Source of the DNA: a virus
Direction: 5' to 3' (one strand)
DNA length: 64,000 nucleotides
Virus record (IMG/VR): IMGVR_UViG_3300045988_180769
Span: 32,001-96,000 of that record
Below are positions 45,400-54,201 of the stretch, piece by piece; position 1 is the stretch's first letter, and each line of letters opens with the position of its first letter. Position numbers and translations under genes: made by a program. The notes under the pieces were generated by a model. That model did not search any database. It was not told where the DNA came from and worked only from the letters and a program-made list of their open reading frames with translations.

Positions 45400-45969
45400 T
45401 TAACCTACCTTAGACAGAATCATATTGATAATTTCTTCTTTCTTTTTATCTTTAAGATCTGCCTCTTCGAAATTGCCATAGTCTTCTTCCATAGCGAGTG
45501 CTTTCAATTCAGCAACTTTCATTCCTTCCAAATCTTTGCGAATTTCAGAAATTTCTTCGCTTTCATCAGCTTTTTCTTCAACCTTAGTTTCAGTTTTTTC
45601 TGAAGGTTTATTGAGTGTCAATTTAAAGACTTCTATTTCATGTTTCAAATCTTCAACAACTTTCTTCCATGAAACAATTTCACCATCCTTGCGATTGATT
45701 TCACTCTTTTGAGCTTCAATGATGTTTTTCAGTCTTTTGATTTCATCTTCAAATTCTTTATTGCCATCCTTCACATCTTTGCGAAGTTGTTCTTCAAACT
45801 TGGTGCGATATTCAGGTTCTTCTCCTTCTTTGAAAATGTTTGGGAATTTACGATCAACAATTTCTTGATATAATTCCTCTGAAACTTCTGCTTCACCATT
45901 TACAAACTTAACAACACCTTTACCAAACTTCAAAGATTGGTTTGAATAAACTCTACTTTTGACTTTCAT
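45400..45969 (-). CDS. coiled-coil protein with a C-terminal HeH/SAP-like motif
   Basis: Central heptad-like charged region. The C-terminus MKVAELKALAMEEDYGNFEEADLKDKKKEEIINMI resembles a Rho_N/SAP-like module. Immediately downstream of the capsid terminator. Confidence 0.5.
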   Translation of the reverse strand: MKVKSRVYSNQSLKFGKGVVKFVNGEAEVSEELYQEIVDRKFPNIFKEGEEPEYRTKFEEQLRKDVKDGNKEFEDEIKRLKNIIEAQKSEINRKDGEIVSWKKVVEDLKHEIEVFKLTLNKPSEKTETKVEEKADESEEISEIRKDLEGMKVAELKALAMEEDYGNFEEADLKDKKKEEIINMILSKVG

Positions 45970-45982
45970 AATTTACGAATTT

Positions 45983-46024
45983 AAAAAGAAAAGAGGAAGG
46001 AGTGTTTTTGTTCTCCCTCCTCTT
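45983..46024 (-). terminator. Rho-independent terminator after the major capsid gene
   Basis: 12-bp stem AAGAGGAAGGAG (45991-46002) pairs with CTCCCTCCTCTT (46013-46024), with one G-U/mismatch and a 10-nt loop. The minus strand continues TTTCTTTTT. Confidence 0.65.
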
Positions 46025-46047
46025 TATCTACGATTAATATTTATTTT

Positions 46048-47559
46048 TTAGATACCTTCGTCACCAATGTTAACGATACGAACGATCTTAGCAGGTTGAT
46101 ACAGAACTGGAGTTCCATAATTCAAAATTGCAAATCTACGAGAAGGAGCTGTGATAGCAAAATCCATCTTCATAGTATCTGCGAATTGCAGATATTCATT
46201 GATCTGGTTATCGTTGTAATAAACAAGAGCTGATTTCGTACCAGCGATAATACGATTACGATCGCGAACACAATTGGCTGCAGCTCCATCATAACCATTA
46301 GCCAACTGAGCAACTGGAACTTCAAAAATTGGATAGTAATCAGTTGTGTCATTCAATGCAGCATCTTTCTTGGTACGATAGATAACAAAACATGTTGCTG
46401 CATACGCTCCACCTGTACCTGCTGTAAATCCAAATTCAACTGATTCTGTACCAGTTACAGCCTGTGCTACAGTAGTGATATTCAAAGGAGCTGATTCACC
46501 ATAACGATTTTTTGCAGTTACCAAATAACCATAAGTACCAGCATGTTGACCAAAGTTTGTCTTTGTATCACCAGCATTTACTTTAATCGCTGTACCAGCT
46601 ACAGGAACAACAGGAGCTTTTGGAGAAGTTGATGTTCTGTTTACTTTGATAGGTTTGCGCTCGTCAAAGAATCGGTCGTTCTTGATATTAATCTTACCAA
46701 ACTGAGTGGTAACATCATTTACAGATTGACCCATCGTTGCACCAGTTACAGATGCCTGAAGACCTACGATAACTCGTTTGCTTTCATGGAACAACTGCAC
46801 ATAGTTATTAAATACAATAGGATTAGAGATGATACGATCAATATAACCATTATAAACATTAACAACTACATTAGAAGCATCTTGAATCAACTTGTCATTC
46901 AAAACCTGATTCTGTGCATTAATTACAGCAGGTGAATTGAAATATGCATCAAGTAACTGTTCAGAAGTCTTACCTTCAGCAGTACCACCATCCATTTCAT
47001 TTACACCCAACATATGCTGTCTAAAGATACCATCGAACTGTTCAGGAACACAAGTAGAATCAGCATCTACCAAACGAGTATCAATCAAAGTCTGTAACAA
47101 GATAGTCTTGTTTTCAACTTCTTTTGTATACATATTCATACCACCAGCCAATCGAGCCAACATCGCAGGATGAGTAACTTGACCAGTCACACCCATGAAC
47201 TTGGTGATGATTGACTTACGTCTGTATTGAGAATCTGTCTCTTCAGGTGTCTCACCTTCAGTATTGAAAATACCAATGTTTTCACCATATTTGTACAACT
47301 GATTGTACTGATGAACTGTATTGTCAATCTTGTGTTTGGGCATTTCTTGAAAATAAACCAACTGATTGAGTCTATTACCAAGAATCTTCAAAACAGAGTC
47401 CAAAGATTCAACTTTCAGACCACCACCATTGTTGATCTGGTTGTTGTATTGCATACCAGTCTCAAGACCAGCTTCCATTGCTTTCAAGATGTCTGATGCT
47501 GCAATTCCATCCATCAAATCGACACCTGTACCACTGTTAGTATAATTGTATAAATCCAT
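46048..47559 (-). CDS. major capsid protein
   Basis: 503-aa ORF in the canonical order protease-scaffold-capsid. A promoter candidate lies upstream of the scaffold gene and a strong terminator downstream of this gene. Confidence 0.7.
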   Translation of the reverse strand: MDLYNYTNSGTGVDLMDGIAASDILKAMEAGLETGMQYNNQINNGGGLKVESLDSVLKILGNRLNQLVYFQEMPKHKIDNTVHQYNQLYKYGENIGIFNTEGETPEETDSQYRRKSIITKFMGVTGQVTHPAMLARLAGGMNMYTKEVENKTILLQTLIDTRLVDADSTCVPEQFDGIFRQHMLGVNEMDGGTAEGKTSEQLLDAYFNSPAVINAQNQVLNDKLIQDASNVVVNVYNGYIDRIISNPIVFNNYVQLFHESKRVIVGLQASVTGATMGQSVNDVTTQFGKINIKNDRFFDERKPIKVNRTSTSPKAPVVPVAGTAIKVNAGDTKTNFGQHAGTYGYLVTAKNRYGESAPLNITTVAQAVTGTESVEFGFTAGTGGAYAATCFVIYRTKKDAALNDTTDYYPIFEVPVAQLANGYDGAAANCVRDRNRIIAGTKSALVYYNDNQINEYLQFADTMKMDFAITAPSRRFAILNYGTPVLYQPAKIVRIVNIGDEGI

Positions 47560-47591
47560 ACTTTTTATTTGTTTCTATTTATGTAACAAAA

Positions 47592-48287
47592 TTATTTAAC
47601 AAATTTTACATTGTTCTTTTCATACATATAACGAGCTAAATCTTCGCCCATTACATCTGCTTCAGGATTTGTCAAAAAAGCGAGTGCATCATCCTGTAGA
47701 GATTTTCTGATAATATCGTCTGCACCATCCAAAGCCTTTTCAATCAACTTTGATGCCATCGGACGTTGAGTAACAATGTTTACTTCATACTTATCGTTTT
47801 CGTCTTTTTCAAAATTCATTGCCTTTTCGATTGCACGAAAATTGTTTAAGCCTTCAGATTTGAAAGAAGGAGTAGAACTTCCGATCTTATCCAACTTTTG
47901 ATCCATTCTTTCAACAGATTTCTGTAAACTTTCGATAATAGGAGCAAAAACAGATAAAGACTTCTGAATTGTCGCATTTACAGATTTCATCATTTCTTCC
48001 TGATCTTCATCGTCATCAGACTTTTCGATTCCTTCTGCATCACGATCTTCCGCAGTGTCTTTTTCATCTCTTTTTACTTTCTTCTCTTTCTTTACAGCTT
48101 CTCTTTCGAGTTTATCAATGTCTTCTTCTTGTTTTGTTTCAGACTCATGATCACCTCGCGCAGCACGATCCTCCGATTTCTCAAGATTGATATCACCAGA
48201 GTCAATTCCTTTCATAATATAATCGTCACTGAATCCGATACTTTTAAGGAACTTTACAGTTTCATTGTTTTCATAATTTACTTTCAT
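47592..48287 (-). CDS. scaffolding protein
   Basis: 231-aa, highly acidic and helical (EDRAARGDHESETKQEEDIDKLEREAVKKEKK...). Lies between the protease and capsid genes. Confidence 0.6.
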   Translation of the reverse strand: MKVNYENNETVKFLKSIGFSDDYIMKGIDSGDINLEKSEDRAARGDHESETKQEEDIDKLEREAVKKEKKVKRDEKDTAEDRDAEGIEKSDDDEDQEEMMKSVNATIQKSLSVFAPIIESLQKSVERMDQKLDKIGSSTPSFKSEGLNNFRAIEKAMNFEKDENDKYEVNIVTQRPMASKLIEKALDGADDIIRKSLQDDALAFLTNPEADVMGEDLARYMYEKNNVKFVK

Positions 48288-48309
48288 ATCTCTATAAATT
48301 TATTTTTGG

Positions 48310-48340
48310 TAAAAATATCTTTTAATTTTTACTTCTCAAA
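48310..48340 (-). promoter_or_regulatory. promoter candidate (TTTG-N19-TATTTTTA) upstream of scaffold and capsid
   Basis: Minus strand reads TTTGAGAAGTAAAAATTAAAAGATATTTTTAC. The -7-like box is about 23 nt upstream of the ATG at 48287. Confidence 0.5.
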
Positions 48341-48341
48341 A

Positions 48342-49124
48342 TTATTTCTTCGAATTCTGAACAAAATCGTTCAAAACATTTAAAGATATGCGACCCTCTA
48401 TGCATTTCTTATATAATGTCTTAAAGATTTCATCATTTATATTGTTAGTAGGTCTTACTCGAATGGAGAAGTCTTTGTCTATCGTAATGATATGACCATT
48501 CTTTTCCATTTCAAGTAAAACTTTTGTTGTCTTGAAATCTTTATCTGTTTCAAAATCATAATCAATATAATCCTTAGATTGTTTTCCTTTGACAATATCT
48601 GCAAACGCGTTTGCATTGACTGGCGTCATTGTCATAGCAACATTAGTAATGAGAGCTTTTGTGATTCTTTTAGGATTTTTCCTATCTCGTTCGAGAGCTT
48701 TTCCTTCAATACTGAAACCTGGTTTTCTGTCTGTACCTGATTCTTTCATTTCGAGAGCTTTATCGTAGAACGCTCTCGCTTCAGGAGATTTCTTCCAAAG
48801 TTGACATTTTACATAGAACTTATTATTATCAACTTTTGCAGACAATGGCGCACCAATCCAAAAACGAGATTTATTAATTGGTGATCGTGATGGTAAGTGA
48901 TCAAGATTGATCAAACCATGTTTGAGAAAACGATCAATGATGAAACCATTTGGCTCCATTGATTCACCTTCATCGTCTTCTTCATTATCAGAGGCCAATC
49001 CTTCGAAGATCATCTTCTCATATCTCCGATCATCCCCAATAGGAAAGTTCAGAGGATTAAAAGAATGTGACTTCTCAAAATCAGCCTCAGCAAAAAAATT
49101 AAATTTATCTCCTACGTGGAACAT
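48342..49124 (-). CDS. prohead serine protease (HK97/S78-like)
   Basis: IFEGLASDNEEDDEGESMEPNGF...INLDH, KPGFSIEGKALER and ITKALITNVAMTMTPVNANAF follow the S78 block order (His, Ser, C-terminal PxN). Confidence 0.7.
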   Translation of the reverse strand: MFHVGDKFNFFAEADFEKSHSFNPLNFPIGDDRRYEKMIFEGLASDNEEDDEGESMEPNGFIIDRFLKHGLINLDHLPSRSPINKSRFWIGAPLSAKVDNNKFYVKCQLWKKSPEARAFYDKALEMKESGTDRKPGFSIEGKALERDRKNPKRITKALITNVAMTMTPVNANAFADIVKGKQSKDYIDYDFETDKDFKTTKVLLEMEKNGHIITIDKDFSIRVRPTNNINDEIFKTLYKKCIEGRISLNVLNDFVQNSKK

Positions 49125-49134
49125 TTGTCTCTTT

Positions 49135-49983
49135 TCATAATCTCAACGAATTTATGAAAATGTCTATGTACTTATCAATCAACTCATGACACCTAACTCT
49201 ATTCCAGTCTTCTTCTCTTACTTTCTTCTTCATTCCCATAAGAGCACCAAATAAAGCTGCATTGGTATCAGTATCTTCTCCATAATTAATAACTTCACAT
49301 AAGTCTTCAAACAGAGAAGTTGACTTGTTTTCCTGAGCTAAATAATTATCAATCACGAGATTATATGTGTTGATCACATCACCCTTATTATCATAATCGT
49401 TTATCTCTACATTTTCAAGAGGCAAATCTCGCAACAATTTTTGAAATATGCAACAAAGTTTAGAAGCAAAATTGAAACATTTTATATTATTATGTGTATA
49501 CCCACAAAATAAATCCATTCTTTCTCTTATGACTTCTGGTGATTCCTCAAGAAAATAAATAGCCAAAGGTAATGAGTAAAACAATGCTCCATTTCCCATT
49601 CTGTCTGTTCTTGGGCAACCTCTCATTCTTATTGATTCAGAAGTTTGGTTTCCTATATCAAATAACTCTACACCTGCATTAAATTTTCCTTTATAATACC
49701 ATAAATTGAGGTTATTTTCATATCTCTTATGAATATCCATCAATCTTTTAGATGGGTATGAAAAGGCATCTATTAAACATAATAAAACAGATGTATCGTC
49801 TGACCACGTTCCTTCTATCTGTCTATGAACTCCTCCTGATGAAAAAGAAGAGCACTTAAAAGTGCCCTCTTTTTTAAATTCGAATGGAACTCCGAGTGCA
49901 TCGCCTAAAATGTAAGCTCGAATACTATTTCTTATTTTTTCTGTCTTCGTCATTCTCGAATTCTTTAAGATTCTTAACTGCAT
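49135..49983 (-). CDS. ADP-ribosylglycohydrolase (ARH/DraG family)
   Basis: IRAYILGDALGVPFEFK, GTWSDDTSVLLCLIDA and YGEDTDTNAALFGALMG are the family's metal-binding blocks. The start could instead be the ATG at 49953. Confidence 0.85.
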   Translation of the reverse strand: MQLRILKNSRMTKTEKIRNSIRAYILGDALGVPFEFKKEGTFKCSSFSSGGVHRQIEGTWSDDTSVLLCLIDAFSYPSKRLMDIHKRYENNLNLWYYKGKFNAGVELFDIGNQTSESIRMRGCPRTDRMGNGALFYSLPLAIYFLEESPEVIRERMDLFCGYTHNNIKCFNFASKLCCIFQKLLRDLPLENVEINDYDNKGDVINTYNLVIDNYLAQENKSTSLFEDLCEVINYGEDTDTNAALFGALMGMKKKVREEDWNRVRCHELIDKYIDIFINSLRL

Positions 49984-50089
49984 TGTTAACCATCTCTTCT
50001 GTTCCTTTTTTCTTCTCCTCTTCTGTAGGATTATGGACGATCGTTACTATACCAGGATCGCTCCATCTTGAATTTGTTTGATTTTCCAT
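49925..50089 (-). CDS. possible small protein (54 aa), below the track cutoff
   Basis: ATG at 50089 lies about 40 nt downstream of the -7-like box of the 33-nt promoter repeat, the same spacing as the confirmed-length gene behind copy A. Translation MENQTNSRWSDPGIVTIVHNPTEEEKKKGTEEMVNNAVKNLKEFENDEDRKNKK. Overlaps the ARH start. Confidence 0.35.
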   Translation of the reverse strand: MENQTNSRWSDPGIVTIVHNPTEEEKKKGTEEMVNNAVKNLKEFENDEDRKNKK

Positions 50090-50126
50090 CTTGAATTTGT
50101 TTTTAGTTATTGATCTTTTTCTTTAT

Positions 50127-50159
50127 CTAAAGATACACCTTTTGGACCAATGTAGCAAC
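50127..50159 (-). promoter_or_regulatory. promoter candidate, copy B of the perfect 33-nt repeat
   Basis: Identical to 5342-5374. The downstream leader (50090-50126) is also about 70 percent identical to 5301-5341. Confidence 0.55.
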
Positions 50160-50175
50160 GATTACTTGAAAAAGA

Positions 50176-52356
50176 TTACACTAATTCGACAACAATAGAA
50201 TTCGTTCCTTTCGCTACAACTTTATACTTACTGTTTCTTTGTACAACATATTCTAATTCTGCAATTTGATTATTAACATTAGATACTTTATCTCCTTTTT
50301 TGGCTAATAAAGTTATTTGAAGATCATTTCCAAATTGTTTTAAGTGCCTCAACGAAAACGAACTAAAACTCTTGTCTTCTATAATAGAACCAACTTCTGC
50401 ACTCAACCATTCATTTAAAATATTCAAATTAGATGGTTTTATTTCGACTCTTCTATTTAAAATTAAATTTTCTTCACAAGGATTTTTATTTATAAGTGAT
50501 TCAATCTTTTCCACTCTATCTGCAATAGAATCATTTTTAACTTGTCCATAATTATAATTTCTTATTGCACTATATTCTTGCCCCATATAAATTTTTATCG
50601 CTTTCAATTCTTGTTTTGTTGCGTTCAACTTTTCACCTTGTTTATCGTAATACTTTTGTGCTTCATACAAAAGTTCCTTAGAATCTAAATCAAAAGGTGC
50701 AACAAAATGTTTATATTCAACACCATTAAAATTGTGATATAAAACACCATTCGCAATTGGAAGATAACCTGATTCAACAAGCAACTTGTTTACTTCGACT
50801 CTTCCTTTTTCATGCATATGTCCATATTTTTCAAGAATCTTGTTAAAATTACGTTCTTCTATTGCTTCCTTAATTATTTCTATTGTAGACTCAAAATCTT
50901 TTTTCTCATTACCTTCCTTGAGTTTAAAATCTTCTACAGATTTAAACGCATCTTCTAATCGTTTAGATTGATCTTCATCGAGAGTGTTTGTTAATTTGTT
51001 TCTCTTTTCTGTATATTTATTAATTTCCTTTTTATTTTTAAAATGTAATCCATTAGAAGGGTTGTTATTTTCACCATCTTTTCCAGATTTTGATTCTTCA
51101 GTTCCTATCATAGCTATTGGTACATCATAAAGATTGGGACTATTTACTGATATATTGTTCTTGAGATTGGTAACTTTATATACTGTACTTCCATTATCAT
51201 TAGTCACTTTCTCTATGTGATACTTTTTACCATTACGCTCAACTTCAGCGATTCCTGAATTAAGAGCATCTTTAATTTTAGACCATTGGACAATACCTGA
51301 TCCAGGATTCGTCCAATTAACCTTTGTTATCGTTTTTGGCTTTTCTTCTGGTTTATCCTCTTCCTTTTTAGCATCTGGAATTTGATCTAACATCTCATTT
51401 CCTTTTTCTTTTGCTTCATCTAAACTATTTTGATAATTTGTCATAAGAACTTTCTTTCCATCACTATCAAATGCTTCAATTTTGTAGTGGGTTTTACCAA
51501 AAGAATTCTCTTCAGGTTCAATCGTTACGAAAGCACCTTTCTTTCCATTAAGTGTAACTGGCTTATTACTTACTTTTTCTTCCTTTTTAGGTTCTTCTTG
51601 TTTCTTTTCCTCTGGTTTTGGCTCTTTATCTTGTGTCTTCTCAAATTCTTCTTTAACCCTTTTCTTAAAATCAGCTAACGATTCATAAGGTTTCGATTCC
51701 ATATAAAAAGAACCTTTCTTTGTTTTATATTTATCGTCACCTTTCATGTTTAGAACAATTGTTTGTCCATTAGACTTAACATAGGTTTGAGTGATCTTTT
51801 TGAAACCATTCATCTCGTTAAGTTTGTTATCAATGTTCTCAGCAATCTCATTCTTTAACTTTTCAAGTTTAGAATCAAGTGTCTTTTCATCAAGTGGTTT
51901 TTGTTCTTCTTTCTTTTTCTTTGATTCAGCAATCTTATCTTTAATCTTGTTAAGCACCTCTTCATCCAGATCTAATTCACCTTTTTCTTGGGCATCAAGA
52001 ATTCTTTGAAGTGCTGAAGAAATACCAACTTCTTTATTCTCCTTATCACCTTTATTTTCTTCTGTTTTACCTTGTCTATTTTCAAGTTCTTTCTTTGCAG
52101 CTTCTCTTACTTCTTTTGGCGCATCCTTATCTTTTAATGCTGCATTTAACTGTTCATCACTCGCTTTAGAAGCATGTTCAGAATGATCAACCTTTTTATC
52201 TTTTGATGAGATTTCCTCTTCTTCAGAAGAATTCTTTCCTTTACCTTTTGGTTTCCATCCTGTTGCTGTTTTTATATAAACTTTACCTCCCCAAGTTTTC
52301 TCTGTTCCAACTGGAGATGCTTTCTTTGCCTTTTCAATCAAATCAATTAAATCCAT
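50176..52356 (-). CDS. Alt-like ADP-ribosyltransferase (726 aa; C-terminal R-S-E ART domain)
   Basis: The C-terminal ~150 aa read YMGQEYSAIRNYNYG, LILNRRVE (Arg), KSFSSFSL (STS-like) and QIAELEYVVQRNSKY (ExE). This matches the C3/VIP2/T4 Alt-type toxin fold signature. The N-terminal part is K/E-rich with low-complexity linkers. Confidence 0.8.
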   Translation of the reverse strand: MDLIDLIEKAKKASPVGTEKTWGGKVYIKTATGWKPKGKGKNSSEEEEISSKDKKVDHSEHASKASDEQLNAALKDKDAPKEVREAAKKELENRQGKTEENKGDKENKEVGISSALQRILDAQEKGELDLDEEVLNKIKDKIAESKKKKEEQKPLDEKTLDSKLEKLKNEIAENIDNKLNEMNGFKKITQTYVKSNGQTIVLNMKGDDKYKTKKGSFYMESKPYESLADFKKRVKEEFEKTQDKEPKPEEKKQEEPKKEEKVSNKPVTLNGKKGAFVTIEPEENSFGKTHYKIEAFDSDGKKVLMTNYQNSLDEAKEKGNEMLDQIPDAKKEEDKPEEKPKTITKVNWTNPGSGIVQWSKIKDALNSGIAEVERNGKKYHIEKVTNDNGSTVYKVTNLKNNISVNSPNLYDVPIAMIGTEESKSGKDGENNNPSNGLHFKNKKEINKYTEKRNKLTNTLDEDQSKRLEDAFKSVEDFKLKEGNEKKDFESTIEIIKEAIEERNFNKILEKYGHMHEKGRVEVNKLLVESGYLPIANGVLYHNFNGVEYKHFVAPFDLDSKELLYEAQKYYDKQGEKLNATKQELKAIKIYMGQEYSAIRNYNYGQVKNDSIADRVEKIESLINKNPCEENLILNRRVEIKPSNLNILNEWLSAEVGSIIEDKSFSSFSLRHLKQFGNDLQITLLAKKGDKVSNVNNQIAELEYVVQRNSKYKVVAKGTNSIVVELV

Positions 52357-52375
52357 AAGACTGCTTTTAAAAGTG

Positions 52376-52400
52376 TTGGCGAACCATAAAGATTCGCCAA
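52376..52400 (-). terminator. hairpin (weak terminator candidate) between the Nudix and ART genes
   Basis: Perfect 8-bp stem TTGGCGAA/TTCGCCAA with a 9-nt loop. The minus strand continues CACTTTTAAAAG, a short and displaced T-tract. Confidence 0.3.
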
Positions 52401-52407
52401 TGTTATA

Positions 52408-54159
52408 TTAATGCATTTGTAAACGATACTTGGTTTGCATCAAATCTCCAAGAAAATCTTCAATCCAAGACATTTCACCAAGATAATCAATATTATCTTT
52501 TATAACCTCATGAAAATCTTGTGTTCGCTTAATAATCAAATCTACAAGTTCTATAGGATCATTCACATTAATTTCTTCACCTACAATTTCACCTTCTTTA
52601 AATCGACCAAACTTGCTTTGACCTGCTTCCATCACTCGATCTTCGTAATCAGAAAGTGTATCTTCGAGATCATCGAGATATTCATGTTTAGAATTATCTA
52701 ACTCACCCCAATGAACATTCTTTGTACGAGTTTTTGCTCCTTCAATAAAATTAGCAAAATCAGCAAATAAACCAGACATCATGTCTTCAGCTTTTTCGAT
52801 TGTCTCAACAGAATCAATATCAAGTTTACCAGACTTTTTCATTTCATTAATCAATGATTTAAACATATCAGCCTGATCAAGATCGTTGAAGTTAATTGTC
52901 AATGAAAAACCATTTGTAGACTTTTTAATACCATCGTCATCTGGTTCTTTTTCTTTATCATCAAGATGTTCTTTACAGATTGTATTTGCATCGTCACAAT
53001 CCATTGTCTTTTCAACATCATCGTGATCGCCCCAACTTTCAGGAAGTTCATCTGTAAGTCCAAGTTCTTTCGCTCTTTTCTTAATCCATGCCTTTACTTC
53101 ACTATCAGGCATTGAAGAAGCTCCTACAAGTCGTATAGCATCTTTTAGATCTTGACTGTTGCGAATTGGATATTTTCCATTTGACATCGCTTCGCCTTTC
53201 TTGGCGAGATCTTTTCTTTCTTTATGAGAAAAATATGTCTTATTGTTAGCTTTTTCAATCTCCTCAGGATGTTTGTCACAATATGCTTTGAACACATTCT
53301 GTGAAATTACACCATCATTGAAAGCTTTTTGTATTTTCATCAAAGGACTGGGTTGAATTTCAAGTCCAAGAATTCTTTTAAGATTATCCTTCATATCAAA
53401 AATGAAATCATAATCGTCCAATTCTGTTCCAGGATAAATCCATTCAGCTCCAATTTCCTCTTCGCTATCAACTAAAACTGTTGTAGGAGAATCGTCATCT
53501 ACATGACCCATAAAATAATGAATGATGCAATCTTTTGATTCAGCGACAGCAACTTCCATTAATGTATCTTCTGGTACTTCAATTCCTGTCTCTTCAAAAA
53601 GTTCTCTACATGCTGCTTCACGATAATCTTCACCAGCATCTACATGACCTCCAGGAATGCACCATTCTTGTGTATTTCCTCCCATAACACCAGCTCTCTG
53701 TAAGATCAATAATTTATCTCCTCTAAAAAGCAATACGTCTGCATAACGAATCTTTCCAGTCTTTGCTTTAATGATATCGTTATATACAGATTTTGAAATC
53801 CTTTTGTTTTTGTAGGATTGTTTTGCATCATGAAGAATTTTCAAGTCAACAATTGCATCGAAAATCTCTTCATCGTTTTCAAGTCTATTCATCGACTTTT
53901 CAATCTGTGATTTTTCTTTTTGCAACTTTGCTACTTTCTTTGCATGTTCTGTCAAAAAGGAGTTATGTCGATCTCGAACTTCTTTTCTCTCTTCAGTTCC
54001 TAAAAGCGATATACTCTTTAAGATTTCACTTTGTTCAAGAAATTCCTGAGACATTTCTTCAACTTTATTGTCAATGTCTACAGACTTCTTCAATAATACT
54101 TTGTATTCACCAATCTTCTCTTGTGCTGATTGGAGATTTAATATTTTTCTGATATTCAT
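52408..54159 (-). CDS. multidomain protein: coiled coil, Nudix hydrolase domain, C-terminal Dps/ferritin-like domain
   Basis: Nudix box GGHVDAGEDYREAACRELFEETGIEV (about 53585-53660). The C-terminus KNVHWGELDNSKHEYLDDLEDTLSDYEDRVMEAGQ...EMSWIEDFLGDLMQTKYRLQM follows the Dps helix pattern (HW...H...D..(A)E...W(m)L). Confidence 0.75.
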   Translation of the reverse strand: MNIRKILNLQSAQEKIGEYKVLLKKSVDIDNKVEEMSQEFLEQSEILKSISLLGTEERKEVRDRHNSFLTEHAKKVAKLQKEKSQIEKSMNRLENDEEIFDAIVDLKILHDAKQSYKNKRISKSVYNDIIKAKTGKIRYADVLLFRGDKLLILQRAGVMGGNTQEWCIPGGHVDAGEDYREAACRELFEETGIEVPEDTLMEVAVAESKDCIIHYFMGHVDDDSPTTVLVDSEEEIGAEWIYPGTELDDYDFIFDMKDNLKRILGLEIQPSPLMKIQKAFNDGVISQNVFKAYCDKHPEEIEKANNKTYFSHKERKDLAKKGEAMSNGKYPIRNSQDLKDAIRLVGASSMPDSEVKAWIKKRAKELGLTDELPESWGDHDDVEKTMDCDDANTICKEHLDDKEKEPDDDGIKKSTNGFSLTINFNDLDQADMFKSLINEMKKSGKLDIDSVETIEKAEDMMSGLFADFANFIEGAKTRTKNVHWGELDNSKHEYLDDLEDTLSDYEDRVMEAGQSKFGRFKEGEIVGEEINVNDPIELVDLIIKRTQDFHEVIKDNIDYLGEMSWIEDFLGDLMQTKYRLQMH

Positions 54160-54201
54160 AATGAAGATAATTTAATTCTGTCCTAAATATACAACTAATT
54201 T

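Noticed and set aside
52376-52400. The hairpin between the Nudix and ART genes, considered as a firm terminator.
   Set aside because: The stem is only 8 bp and the T-tract is short and displaced. The loop contains an ATCTTTAT box, so the region could equally be promoter-related. It is kept only as a low-confidence feature.
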